Below the pieces are notes generated by a model, which saw only the letters and a list, made by a program, of their open reading frames with translations, ran no database searches and was not told the DNA's origin. Shown here piece by piece: positions 50,721 through 62,240 of a stretch of 64,000 nt of DNA; position 1 is the first letter of the stretch, and each line of letters begins with the position of its first letter. The stretch is from positions 53,260,001 through 53,324,000 of the forward strand of contig NC_045707.1 of the NCBI RefSeq assembly GCF_009834535.1. Reading direction: 5' to 3'. Both the position numbers and the translations under genes were made by a program. The stretch is from Camelus ferus. Its lineage: Eukaryota.

Positions 50721-53451
50721 TTTGCTTGTGACCATTGTACAGAAAGATAAATATTCACTCCGTTTTGAGACCGAAATCACTTTTTCTCCCATGAGAACCA
50801 GCTGGAAATTCAGGGAAAATGTTGGGTCAAAGTCAGGGTCTGGCTAATCCTAGGACTCTCTCGGGGTCGCGGCCAGTGGGTGACAATGCCTGGCCAGCCG
50901 TGTGGGGTCCAAGGGCCACAGTCCTGCTGTGGCAGAGGAGGCCTGGTTCCTCTGTGAGCTCTGAGAGCTGCCTGAGTGTGAGTCCCCAGGCCAGGATGTT
51001 CTAGTGATGTCCTCGGGCCCTGGGTTCCAGGAAAGGTGTTGGTGGTGAGCATGTGATGGGGGAGCCTCAAGACCACGGCCCTCCCTCCCACAGGAAGGTC
51101 CTGGGCTCAGGCTGGGACCCCTGACTGAGCCCCTCCCTGGTGAAGTTCCCCCCTGCCGTCCCCTCCTGGTCTCAAGGGGCAGCCACCCTATCCCAGGGCC
51201 CATCCTGATGCAGGCTCATGTCCCTGCCCACTGGCTGATGTGGCCGGGCGGGGGCCAGGCTCCTCCAGCGCCCAGGCGGGTGGTCAGGGAGGAGGGGAGA
51301 CGGGTGACCCGGCCTGCGGACCCCTGTCCGCTGCTGCTCCCAGTGTCCAGCGCGGGCACCCCGCTCCTTCCGCGCTGGCACTGAAGGAGCTGTTTCGCTT
51401 GGGGACCTGCTTAACTAAGTCCCCGTTCGCACGGAGCCCCAGCTTGTGCGGCGGGTTTCTCTCGCTGGAGCTATTTTTGGGTCCTTGTCTGGAAAGATGC
51501 CTCTCTCCCCGCAGGCAGCCTCTGACTGCGCCAGGTGGCTCCGTGTAGCGTCTTAGTTTTCAGAGCACTTGCTATTTTCGGTTTCTCAGGTACTCACTTG
51601 ACCTGGAATTCTGATAAGGTGTTTAAAATAGCCTCTGGACGCCCGTGGGCTGTTGGACTTCTGAACTTACTGTGCTGCACTTGCTTGACTCTGAGACAGA
51701 GTAAGCCCGGCGACGGAAGCTTTCTCGGTTCCCTCCCTCCTCCGGGGGCTGACTCGCCTGGCTGCCAGCACCCGTCCCACAGTGGAAAGGGAGGGTGACG
51801 TGTCCATCTGCAGGCCTTCTGAAAGTTTCCTGGGACCTGTGTTTGCTGATCTGTGGACACGCAGTTTTCAAAAGCGGAAATCCCTGTATGTTAACGGTGC
51901 ACAGTTGCCGTCTTCAGGCCATCTTGTTCGAAGCCTCTCAGGGGCCAAGAAGGGCTGGGTCTCATTCAAGGTCATGAGCTGGTCTGGCGGGGGAGCCGGC
52001 TATCTGGAACCCCCGTCTACCCTGGAGGCATGTCAAGTGGCTGTAGGGGTGGTCTTTCCCGGGATATCGCAGGCCACCTCGGAGAGTGGGGTGGAGGCTG
52101 ACTGCGGGCCACACTGGGCCACCCTCACCCTGTGGCCCAGCATGTGGCCCTGGCCGGGGTCCTGCCCTGGTGTTTGCGGTTGTTTGACCCCTGCTGTGCC
52201 GCCCTCAGCCTGACTGTGGTTCCTGCTGCCTCCCTGGGGCAGCCAGGCTTGGCGGCACTAGACCAGCTCCTAGCGCGTGTGCTGGGAAGGCCCGGCTTTG
52301 CCCCTGGTGAGGGCGGCCCAGGTTGCCGGCCTGGATCTGGACGGTGCTCCCAGGACCAGCCGCGCACCTGTGAGGCCGTCGCCGTGCTGTGGCCATGGAC
52401 CCATCTGAATCTGCTGGGTCTGGGCAGTGACGTTGGTGGACCCTGGGATGACTTGTGCTGGGGGTGGGAGAGTCCCCGGCAGGACCTGCCCCCACCCTTT
52501 CAGGCCCCTTGGTGCCGGGACTCAGCAGGGGGTCGTACTGACTCCCATGGCCTGACTCTGACTTTTGGGGCCACACCCCGGGTGGGGCTCCTGCACGCAG
52601 GTGCAGGCGAGCCCGGAGTGTCCTCTGCTGCCCTGGACACAGCACAGTGGCCTCTGCGCCCCAGGCCCCGTGGTCCTGGTCACAAGTGAATTGGTTAGCT
52701 ATCAGCCGTGCGGGGCACTGTCTCCTTGCAGAGGAGTCCGCGGGCACAGAAAGACGGCCGCCGTGCCATCTGGAGGGGGAGCCAGACCGTCCTGCCTTGG
52801 CCACCTGCCAGCTTCCTGTCCCGGGGCAGGGGGCGGCCTCTCGGGGGCCCATCTTCAGTGAAGGAGGAGGCCAGGCACTTCCCTAGGAGCAAACAAGGCC
52901 CCGTTCCTGGAAGAGACTCGGGACTCAGACGCCCAGGTGCCCAGCAGGTAACAGAGCACCAGGGGCTCTCGAGGCCCCCGAGCTGGAGGTTTCACGCTCT
53001 TAATGATCCCTGATTTGTGTTTTTGGTGGACAGTGGGCCTGCCGGAACCTGGTGCCTGGGCTCCTATTGTGGTCCCCCACCCAGCAGGGCTCCCCGGCGT
53101 CTTCAAGACTCTGCGCTGGCCCTTCCTGGACCTCCGGTCCCAGGAGCGTGGGGTTCATCTCTCAGTCCCCTGAGCAGCCCCTTCGGAGGTCCCTCCTGGA
53201 TGCAGGGTGGGTCGCTTCCGGGACCTTCTGCGACCGTGACATTGACTGAGTGTGTTGTAAATGAAAAGATAAAATAACTCCCCCATGATCTCACCCCATG
53301 AGATCACAGCTACAGTAGCGTATACGTGGTGGTAAAATTTATGGCCCCAAAGAATAGATTATTCAACAATGCGAGACGAGGTGATTTAAACATCCAGGGG
53401 ACAAATGATCTAAAATCAGACTCTGAGCTGGCATGTGGGTAGAGGGGCAGG

Positions 53452-53610
53452 AAGGGCTGTCTCACAGGGGTGGGGGCCCTTGCGTGTGCCCCCCAGGGCT
53501 TTGTCAATGTCTGGAGACGGTTTGGTGGCCCCAGCCCAGGGAGGTGGACTGGCATCTGGTGGGTGGGACCAGGGTGCACGGCCAGAGCCCAGCTCAGACA
53601 GAGGTCCCCA
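53452..53610 (+). mobile_element. MER20-like hAT-Charlie fragment
   Basis: ccccagggctttgtcaatgtctggagacggtttggtgg...actggcatctggtgggtgggaccaggg. Confidence 0.65.
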
Positions 53611-56600
53611 GAGGGCGGGGGTGAGGCCCAGCATCGCCCTGTGTGCCCTGGCATGGCGGCCAGGTCCTCTCGCTCGCCTGCCCTGACCCTGCACATCCCT
53701 CTCAGGAGGGCCTCCGCCTCCTCCCTCGTGCATTTGGGCTGCACCAGGAGGGGCTCAAGCCTCCAGCCCGCCTGGCGGTGACTGCTCTGAGGACAACGCA
53801 CAGCTATCGACCTGGAAAGATGTTCTCTATGTGGAGTGGGAATATTACCCGTTCTAGGAAACCTCAGGAGGCTGTTAGCAATAGCCAGACCTTCTGCCTC
53901 ACACCAGCCCGACGGGAATGTTTTCAAACAAGGAGAAAAGATGAAAAAACCTGGTGAAGCCCTGTGCCCCGTCACTTGTATTCAACTGCTAATTTTGCCA
54001 CGGTTTCTTTGTCTGTCCGTACGCCTGTCCATCTTGGTTGAGCTGTGAAACGAGGCTTTCATTCTGCAGTGCGGTGTTGCTTCTGCCCCAGATGGTCCAG
54101 CGTCTCCAGAGTCGTCCCTGCACAAGAACCAGTGAGAACTTATCAGACCAACACCTGGTCCACTTTGGGTCTCCCGACTTGTCCCTTAAAAAATCTCCTT
54201 GTGGGTTTTGTTGAAAGTAGGCATGTTCTTTCTTTTCCTTCTTACACGGCTTTGAGGGCTCTGATCCAGGTAATCCCAGGCCTCTGACCCCTGGGACGCC
54301 AGGGCCACCGCCACCTGGGGACACCCCCGCCGTCCTGACCAGATGGAGCTGCCCTGTGTGGGACCCCAGATCGAGGACGTCTCCGCAACCCTGCTCTCCG
54401 AGGCCTCCACCCTCAGTGACACCAAGCCTCTTGTTTTGTGAAACTTCCCCGTTCTGGGTTTGTGGGTCATTTTGGTGGCATCTTTCTCTGAACTGGAGGT
54501 GGGGCCAAACCATAGGCTTTCTTATGTCCCAGGTAAATAACTGTGGAAGAGCGATACGTGTGACTATTTCTGCTCACGATGAAAATCGCTTTTGTGGGTG
54601 AGAAAGCAGGTGCCTCATTTGTGGATGGGCGGCCCCGACGGTGGGGCAGATCAGCTCCCTCGGGGCTCGCAGGCTCGTCTGCTGGCCGGGCCAGGCAGGG
54701 GTCCCCTCCGAGACCCTCCCCAGCCCTCTGCAGAGGTGACACCTTCTGTGCAGGTACCTCGGGCCTCGGCTGACGGCCCTCCTCTCCTCTGTTTTCCATG
54801 GAAACCAGCTGCAGGTTATGGGTTGTTTGTTTACTTGGAGGAAATGTAGGCGGGTGACTCAGCTCCGAGCAGAGCTGAGATGGTATGTCTGGAGGCCTGC
54901 TGGCTGTTGGGACCTCAGGGCATCACGTGGCCTCGGGTCCCTTATGACTGAAAATGTGTGGGTGGAGGGTCCCCCCCGCACCGGATCCCACAGGGCATCG
55001 GAGGTTATTCCCGGGGCTTGTGGGGGTTCTGACTACGGTCCTGACCTGGGGGTTGTGGTCACCCTTCTGAGCACTGACCCTGTGCTGGTGGCCCCAGTTC
55101 CCCCTCCAGCCCCGGGCTTGCGGTGGGTTCCGAAGGGCCCTATGTTTGGCTGAGCTGTGCCTCTGGAGGGCGGAGCTGCAGGTGAGCCCTTGGTGCTGGG
55201 GGGACATCCTGGTCACTAGGAGGGGAGGGTGGGGGCTGGGGGCGAGGTGCAGGGGTGGAGGTCTGAGCCTCATGCCTGTGATCACACTGCAGTCCAGTGT
55301 GAACAGAAATCTGTTTACAGAGGCTCATTTTCACGCACTGCAGTGGTTATTTCTGGATCATTCTGGTGTATGGTAGTCATTAGGGTAAGCCGTGTATCTG
55401 ATTAAATAAAGAATTTGTCTCTAATTTATGCCAATTTAAAGATGTCTCCTGTGTTCTCTTGTCTCTGGGAGAGGGGAGGCAGGTTGCTATGGAGACAGCA
55501 CAAGAAAAAGTGACAGCAAGAAGGCTCGGCTTCGATGTTGAAAATATTTGTGATGCAGGTAATTGTATGTATAACGGTGTCGTGCAGCAGTCATCCGCCT
55601 TGAAGTCGTGTGTCATGGAATTTTATGGTGAAGCAGTGTTGCCATGAGGAAGCAGATACAGTTTGTGTTGTTAGATGTTGCAGTCGTGAACGTTAAAGGT
55701 TTGAGGGAGCCTGAAATTGTTGAGGGTTGGAGGGCGGCTGCCGCACGAGGCGGTGTGACCCCCACAGAATTTGGAAATAAACCTGAGACTCGCCTGAGAC
55801 TGACTTGCAGATGGGATTTCGTCAGTGCCTGAAAGCAGCTTCACTCTGGGAGATGAGTGATTGTGACCCATTTTTCCTTCTGTCTCATTTTAATCAAACT
55901 GTATCTCACGTTTTGGGGGCCAGTTAACAGTGACCCAAGCTGCTTCCGTCTGTCCTCGTGTCTCTGGAGTTTCTTGTAGTTTTGCTCTAGTTTGGATTCT
56001 GCCTTTTGTCCACAGCCCAGCCCATGTTGGAATTCTGATGCTGTTTAAGAGAAGGGGCGCTTCCTTGTGGACCAGGTCAACATGACAGCTCAGTGAACGC
56101 TCGCCGAATGCCTGCGCCAGGCGCTCAGTCCATCTTCGTGGGGCTCACGCTCCAGGTCCAAGGTCGCTGGGACATGAGGTCACTGTCGGGGTGGGGGGTG
56201 TCTGCCACACAGCCATCAGTTCCCAGCCTGGCTTTTGTGGAACCTCTTGATTAATGATGCTGGAAGCCCAGGAAACAGCAATTTAATGAGACTCACAATG
56301 ATGCTACTTTGGAGGTGTGGGAATTCGGCAGGGAGAGCGTAGCCATGTCCATGGGAAGCAGAGGACGCTGCCGCCGCTTGTGGTGTCGGGCCAAGTGCTG
56401 GGGGGGCATCGGACAGGTGGGGGCGGGCTAGCAGAGGACACCATGGTGTAAGAGTGCTAAGGGGACAGCCGTGGGCTCCATCACGGCCCCTGTGTGCCTC
56501 TTCCTGGGCCTGAGCCAGGACCCTTGGATCCAAGACATGGGGGCCTGCGAGGGAGTCCAGGGGGAGTGGTATTCCGAGAGGGCAGAGGACACAGTGGGAG

Positions 56601-57249
56601 AGCTCAGGGGAGCCCGGGGCCTGCTGAGTAGATGCATCGTGGGGATGCTCTTGGCTGCAAGTAGCAAAAAGCAGCTGGACGTGGTTTGGGTCACAGGGAG
56701 ACTCAGTCTCCCAGGCAAGGACTCTGGGAGCACGTGGTCCAGGGCTGGTCCTGGGCTCAAGGATGTCTCCAAGGACAGGGCATGCTGCAGGGTGTGTCCT
56801 TCGAGGACGAAGGGCTGACAGCCCAGGCGTTGTGTCATGTGGTGGCCAGGACTCGTGGCGGGAAGGCCGGGCGGGGGCTCTGGGAACGGCCCTCCATCCA
56901 GGCCCCCAGCGGGTCCCCCATGGCCGGCTGCAGCCCCAAAACGTGTAGGAAGAGATTCTAGGCGTCAATCTCCGGCTCCAGGAACCCCTGGAATTTGGAG
57001 CTGGAGGCCGTGCTCCATATGGAGGTGGTTGGGCCCACTTGACAGAGGGGAAGTTGGGCCCCGGGAAGGTCAGATGCCCTGAGGTGCCTGGCGTCCAGCC
57101 CAGCTGGCCATCGAGATGCAGAAAGGGCAGAAATGACCCTGAAGCCTGTGGGGGTGGTTGAACTGGGGCTGCAGACTCTCTGGGGACTCCTGCCCTGGTC
57201 AGGTGTCCTCACCTGTGCCAGAGGCGGGCAGAGCTCTGCAGTCACACGC

Positions 57250-57525
57250 TTACTTGACTGTCTGCAAAACTTTTTCCTCTTATAAAACTGAAACTCTGTC
57301 TCCATCACTCACTCACTCCCCCGCCCCCTCCCCCAGCCCCTGGCCCTACCACCTACTTTCTGTCTCTGGGGGGTTGACTCCTCTAGGTCCTCACATAATT
57401 GGAATCAGATAGGATTCATCCTTCTGGTTTATTGCACCAAGCATAGTGTCCTCGAGGTCCACCTGTGCCATGTGTCAGAATCTCCCTCCTTTTCAGGACT
57501 GACTAATATTCTGTTGTATGTTGGG
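57250..57525 (-). mobile_element. L1MB-like 3'UTR fragment
   Basis: gcaaaactttttc...aaactgaaactctgt...cccagcccctggccctaccacctactttctgtctct...ttgactcctctagg...ggaatcaga...gtgtcagaatctccctccttttcaggactgactaatattc. Confidence 0.82.
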
Positions 57526-60500
57526 ACCACATTGCTGGGTTGCTTTTGCAAGCATTTTTGTAAGCTATTCCGGGAGCAGTAACTGGGTACAATTCTGTTT
57601 TTCCTTGAAGCTTCTGAGCATGTTTTATTCTTATTTTTAGCGTGCGGTGTGTCCTTGGAGAACCCGGTACCATCTGTAGATGCAGAGCTGGGGCTACAGT
57701 TACCGCACCACGAGCGTGGTGGCAGCCCGGGTTCCCACGAGTGTGTTATGTGCTCTTCTGGGTCACTGTCCGGTTCCAGGCTCAGGCCCGGCGGCATCAG
57801 GCGTCCCGGTCCTGACCTCACTCACTCTGACAGCTCCTCTCTCCGTGTGAAGTTTGGAGTCTTGACTGAGAAGCAGGCTCGTCCCCAGACCTCAAGCGTC
57901 TTGTCCCTCTGTCAGCCTCCCTCCACCGACTGCCCACACGGTGCAGTTTGGTGGACAGAACCAGTCCACGGAACGGGAACAGAAGCATGAGAGGGAGAGA
58001 AATGGACCAAGGGCAGGAGGAAACTGGAGTTCCCAGGCCCTTGGGGAGGTGGGCTGTGTTTTAGCATCAAGTAACCAGGGGGATCAGTCATCACAGAAGA
58101 CTGTGTGCCGGCTGGCGGAGGGCGGGCAGGGCCTGTTACTGGCCCAGCCCTGGGGCTGAGTCTCTCCACCTGTGACCCAGACCCCACGTGCACCCTCCAT
58201 GCCTCTGGCCGTGGCTTGGACCCAGCAGGGCCAGTGTTGTCACACCTGATGGTCTGGGCTACAAATGCAGCTGCGGCTTTAAGAAAAAAGTCTTTGTTTT
58301 TGGAAGAAAGCTGGGACCTTCAGCAAACAGGTCCCAAACCCCTTCGACCTGGGCTGCCTCCTAATGGGGCTGGGCCTGACCTGACTGTCCGCTCAGGGTC
58401 ATCCCAGGGACACTTAGGTGCTTATGTCTGTGAACCCTCTGAAAGTGCCTTTGAGCTCAGGGCCGGACAGGGAGTGCTGGGCCGGCCCCGGGCCGCAGGG
58501 GGCAGGTTTTAAATGTGTGTATTGACTGCATTCATGTATTTATCCTTGTCTTGTGCTGGTGACCCGCTGCTGAGGGCAGGGTCCTAGGTGCTGACCACTC
58601 CCCCAGACCCGCATCCCCTCTCCTGATGCCTGACTCCAACAGCGGAGGGAGGTTGGTGTCACCCCAAGTCCTCTTCCAGCAGGACAGGTGGCACTTGTCA
58701 CCCTTGGCCCTGCACAGCCCTTGTCCCACATAAGTGGTCCTGCCGGCACACAGGGACCTCTGCAGAGGGTCCTGCATCCATGATGCCACTCGGGCAGGCC
58801 CCTCAGATGCCGCTGGGACCCCACTTCCCTCTGGCCTGGCCTGTCCCCCTGATGAGCTCTCGCACAGACATGGCTGTCTTGAGAGCTTCCTTCTCTGCAC
58901 CTTAACCCAGTATCACCCTGAAGCCTCTCACCAGGAGGGGATGCAGGGGCCACCCTGAGCAGGACCAAGGTTTCTGGAGGCCCCACATTGCTATCCAGTG
59001 GACAGTCCTTCCCCCGGGGGCTGGGGCTGGTGGCCCCTGGAAGGAGCATGGGTCAGGCCCTCCCCTCGAGGTTCTGCTGCTGCCGCGCCTCCTGCCTCCC
59101 GGGCTGTGACTGTGGAGGACTGGGCACTGTGGCATGGTGACCACCATCTGGGGAGGAGGCACAGAGGCTTTGGGAAGCTGGGTTGAGATGGAAAAGGTTT
59201 AATCTCCTTTTCTGCCCTGAACGAAACCAGCTTTCTGAGACGTGACGGGGTCATTCCTGTGATGGAGCGAAAAAAGGCACATTTCAGTACTTGGGACGTC
59301 TTGTCTCTCCAGCCCTCATTTTTGGGTTTTAAAGAAGGTGTGGATTTCTTTGACTTCCTCGAAGTTGTCCTTCCTTTGATTTGAAATGTGAGCTTCTGAG
59401 TTGCTGGACGAAATGTTCTGGAAAAGTCTTTGAGTGAAAATGTTCTGTTCAACAAAACCGGCCTCAGTCCTACCTCCCTTCCGGTGTCTGAGCTCAGGAA
59501 CCCAGGCGCAGACCAGAGGTGTGTGTAACCGGGCCTTCTGACCCAAATCGGACAGTGGACTTTCCTCTCCTGTCTTAGTTAGAAAGCAGCACAAAACTGC
59601 AGTCCTGCTGTCTGGTAGGGGTGAGTTCACGGTGGCCTCTGCTAGAAACAAATCCGAGGTTATTTGCTAAAGAAAACCCCATGATTACTGCAGTAAGAGA
59701 GTTGGAATGAAGTAGAGATTAGACCAAGGGTCACACGAGGCCCAGGAGCCCCTGCCGCCCGAGGTGGGAGGTGAGGACTTGGCACGTCTTCTGAGGTCCA
59801 AGCTCAGCGCATCACAGTGAGATGGGAGGGAGGGAGGGCTGCTGGTCCCAGGCGGATCCCAGACCTGGACGAGGGCTGGGTTCTCTTGCTGAATGTGGCG
59901 AACAGGACGCGCCGGAGGTGGAGGTGCAGGCAGGGCTCAGCTCCCCGTGGACGTTGATCGGGCTCGGTCCCCCGCGGCACTCTGGGGACTCGGATGTCAT
60001 GTGTGACTGGTGTGTCCTCAGGACGCTCCCAGGGTGGGGCTGACGGGCCAGGTGGCAGCCCCCCCACAGACACAGGAAGCCGGGTGGCTGGGAGCTGGGC
60101 TCGGGTTTGGGTTCAGTGCGGACCCCACTCCGGCACCTCCACCAGCCCCTGTCCTGAACTGGGCTTCTCCGCCTGATGGTGGCAGTGGGGCAGGTGTGGG
60201 GATGGCGTGGCCATCCTTCTGGGTGGGGAGGTCTCCGTGCCGGCCTCTCCAGAGCCCGAGTGCGTCCACTCCACTGGCACCGGGGCTCTGCCTTCTCTGC
60301 CGGCACCGGAGCTCCGGGACCTGCCTCTTCCTTTCTTCTCTGATTTTACACCCTTTAAGGGGATTGGCCCTTTCTTCTCGGGTGGGTGCTGTTTGGGACT
60401 CAGGTCCTTACGTAACTGACCTTGATCTGGGTGATTTCCCACTTGCCGTGTGGTGGGCCGTGGGGCGTCCCAGCCTTCATGTCCCATCCCCCGCCCACAG

Positions 60501-60737
60501 CAGGGCTGGGGGCCGTCGCCGGGAAAAGCAGACGGCCTTGGGCTTTCTCGGGGATGCCCAGAACAGTCACTGCCACACTTTGTTTTGACCAGTATTTGTT
60601 TTATGTTCAGTATCTTGTCCAAAGATGTGTAACTACGTGGTTTGCACCTCTTCATTTTACCAAGTAAAACGTTAAAAAAAATTTTTCACCATCATTTAAT
60701 AACGAACATTTTAATATCACTGAAGTAGAAAGAGGAA

Positions 60738-62240
60738 CCACTTCTATTCAGTGTAGGAATGGACATTCTCGCCAGAGAAACGAGGCAAGAAAAAGAAATA
60801 AGAGGCATCCAAACTGGAAAGGAAGAAGTAAATTTATGTTTGCAGATGACGCGAATGATAGGAAGCCCTAAAGACACCTCAAAAAAAATATTTAGGACTA
60901 ATAAATGAATTCAGCAAAGTCGCAGAATATAAAATCAACCCTCAAAGTTAAGTTGTATTTCTATACATTTGCAGTAAACAACCTGATAAAGAAATTTAAA
61001 AAGCAGTTCAATTTACAACAGCAGCAAAAAGAGTAAAATATACAGAAATAAATTTAAAGGAGGCAAGAGCTTGTCCGCTGAAAACCACAGAACATTTCTG
61101 AGACAAATACATGGAAAGACATCACTTGCTCATGGACTGGAAAACGTAATATTGTTAAGATGACACTACTTCCCAAAGAGCAGTCGTTACCAAAATCCCA
61201 ATGCTGTTTCTTTACAGAAATAGAAAAAGTTGCCCTAAAATTCATGTGGAATCTCAGGGGATCCTGAATAGCAAAAATAATCTTGAAAAAGAAGGAGAAA
61301 GTTGGAAGACTCACACTCCAGATTGCAGAGCACACCACGAGGCTTCAGGAATCACACCCGCGTGTGGTGCTGGCCGGAGGAGAGGACCAGGAGGGGCCGG
61401 GGGAGCGAGCTCTCACGTGTGGGTGCGTCGATCTTCAACGGGATGCAGACCGTTCAGTGAGCAAAGGGCCGTCTTTTCAACAGACAGTGCTTGGAAAGCT
61501 GAGGTCCACATGCACAAGAGGGAAGCTGGACCCTCATCTCACATCACGTGCAAGATCAGTCCACACTGGGTCAGAGACCTAAACATAGGGCCAAAACCGA
61601 AACGTAAGAGTTTTGTAAAACGCTTAGAAGAAAACATGGGTGATAATGGTCATGATCTTGGATTGAGCAGTGACTTTTAAGGTATGACACCAGAAGCACA
61701 GGCAGTAAATGGAAAAATAGGTAAATTGGATGTTATCAGAATTAAAACGTTTTGTGCATCAAAGGACACGATAGAGTGAGTAAAAAGCCCACAGCAAGTG
61801 GGGACTATTTACAAACCATGAATCCGACCAGGGATTACTATCCTGAGCACAGAAGCACCCCCTGCAGCGCGACAGCAGCAGCAGCGCGCCAGTCCAGGAA
61901 CGGGTGAAGAGCTCAAGCAGACGCCCCTCCCGAGAACACACACACGCGGCCAGTGAGCACGTGGAGAGACGCTCCGTGTCGCTGATCATTGTGGAGATGC
62001 AAATCGAACCACAGCCAGACCCCACCTCATACCCGCCGGGATGGCCGCTGTCAAGAAACAGGAAACAGCAAATGCTGTTGAGGGTGTGGCAAACTTGGAA
62101 CCCTTGTTCAGACTGCTGGAATGAAAAATAGTGCAAAAAATTGCCATGTGATCCAGCCATCCCCCCTTCATATGCAGGATCTGAGATCAGGGACTGGAAG
62201 AGATCCCTGGACACCACGTTCACAGAGGCTGGTGCCCCTC
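60738..62240 (+). mobile_element. LINE-1 ORF2 relic (RT domain through C-terminus), decayed
   Basis: aggcaagaaaaagaaataagaggcatccaaactggaaaggaagaagtaaa, RT catalytic FADD codons (tttgcagatgac, 60839-60850), aatgaattcagcaaagtcgcagaatataaaatcaac, atggaaagacatcacttgctcatggactgg. Confidence 0.92.

Noticed and set aside
53286..53306. Small hairpin tgatctca-cccca-tgagatca
   Set aside because: An 8-bp stem is within chance expectation for 64 kb and has no supporting context.
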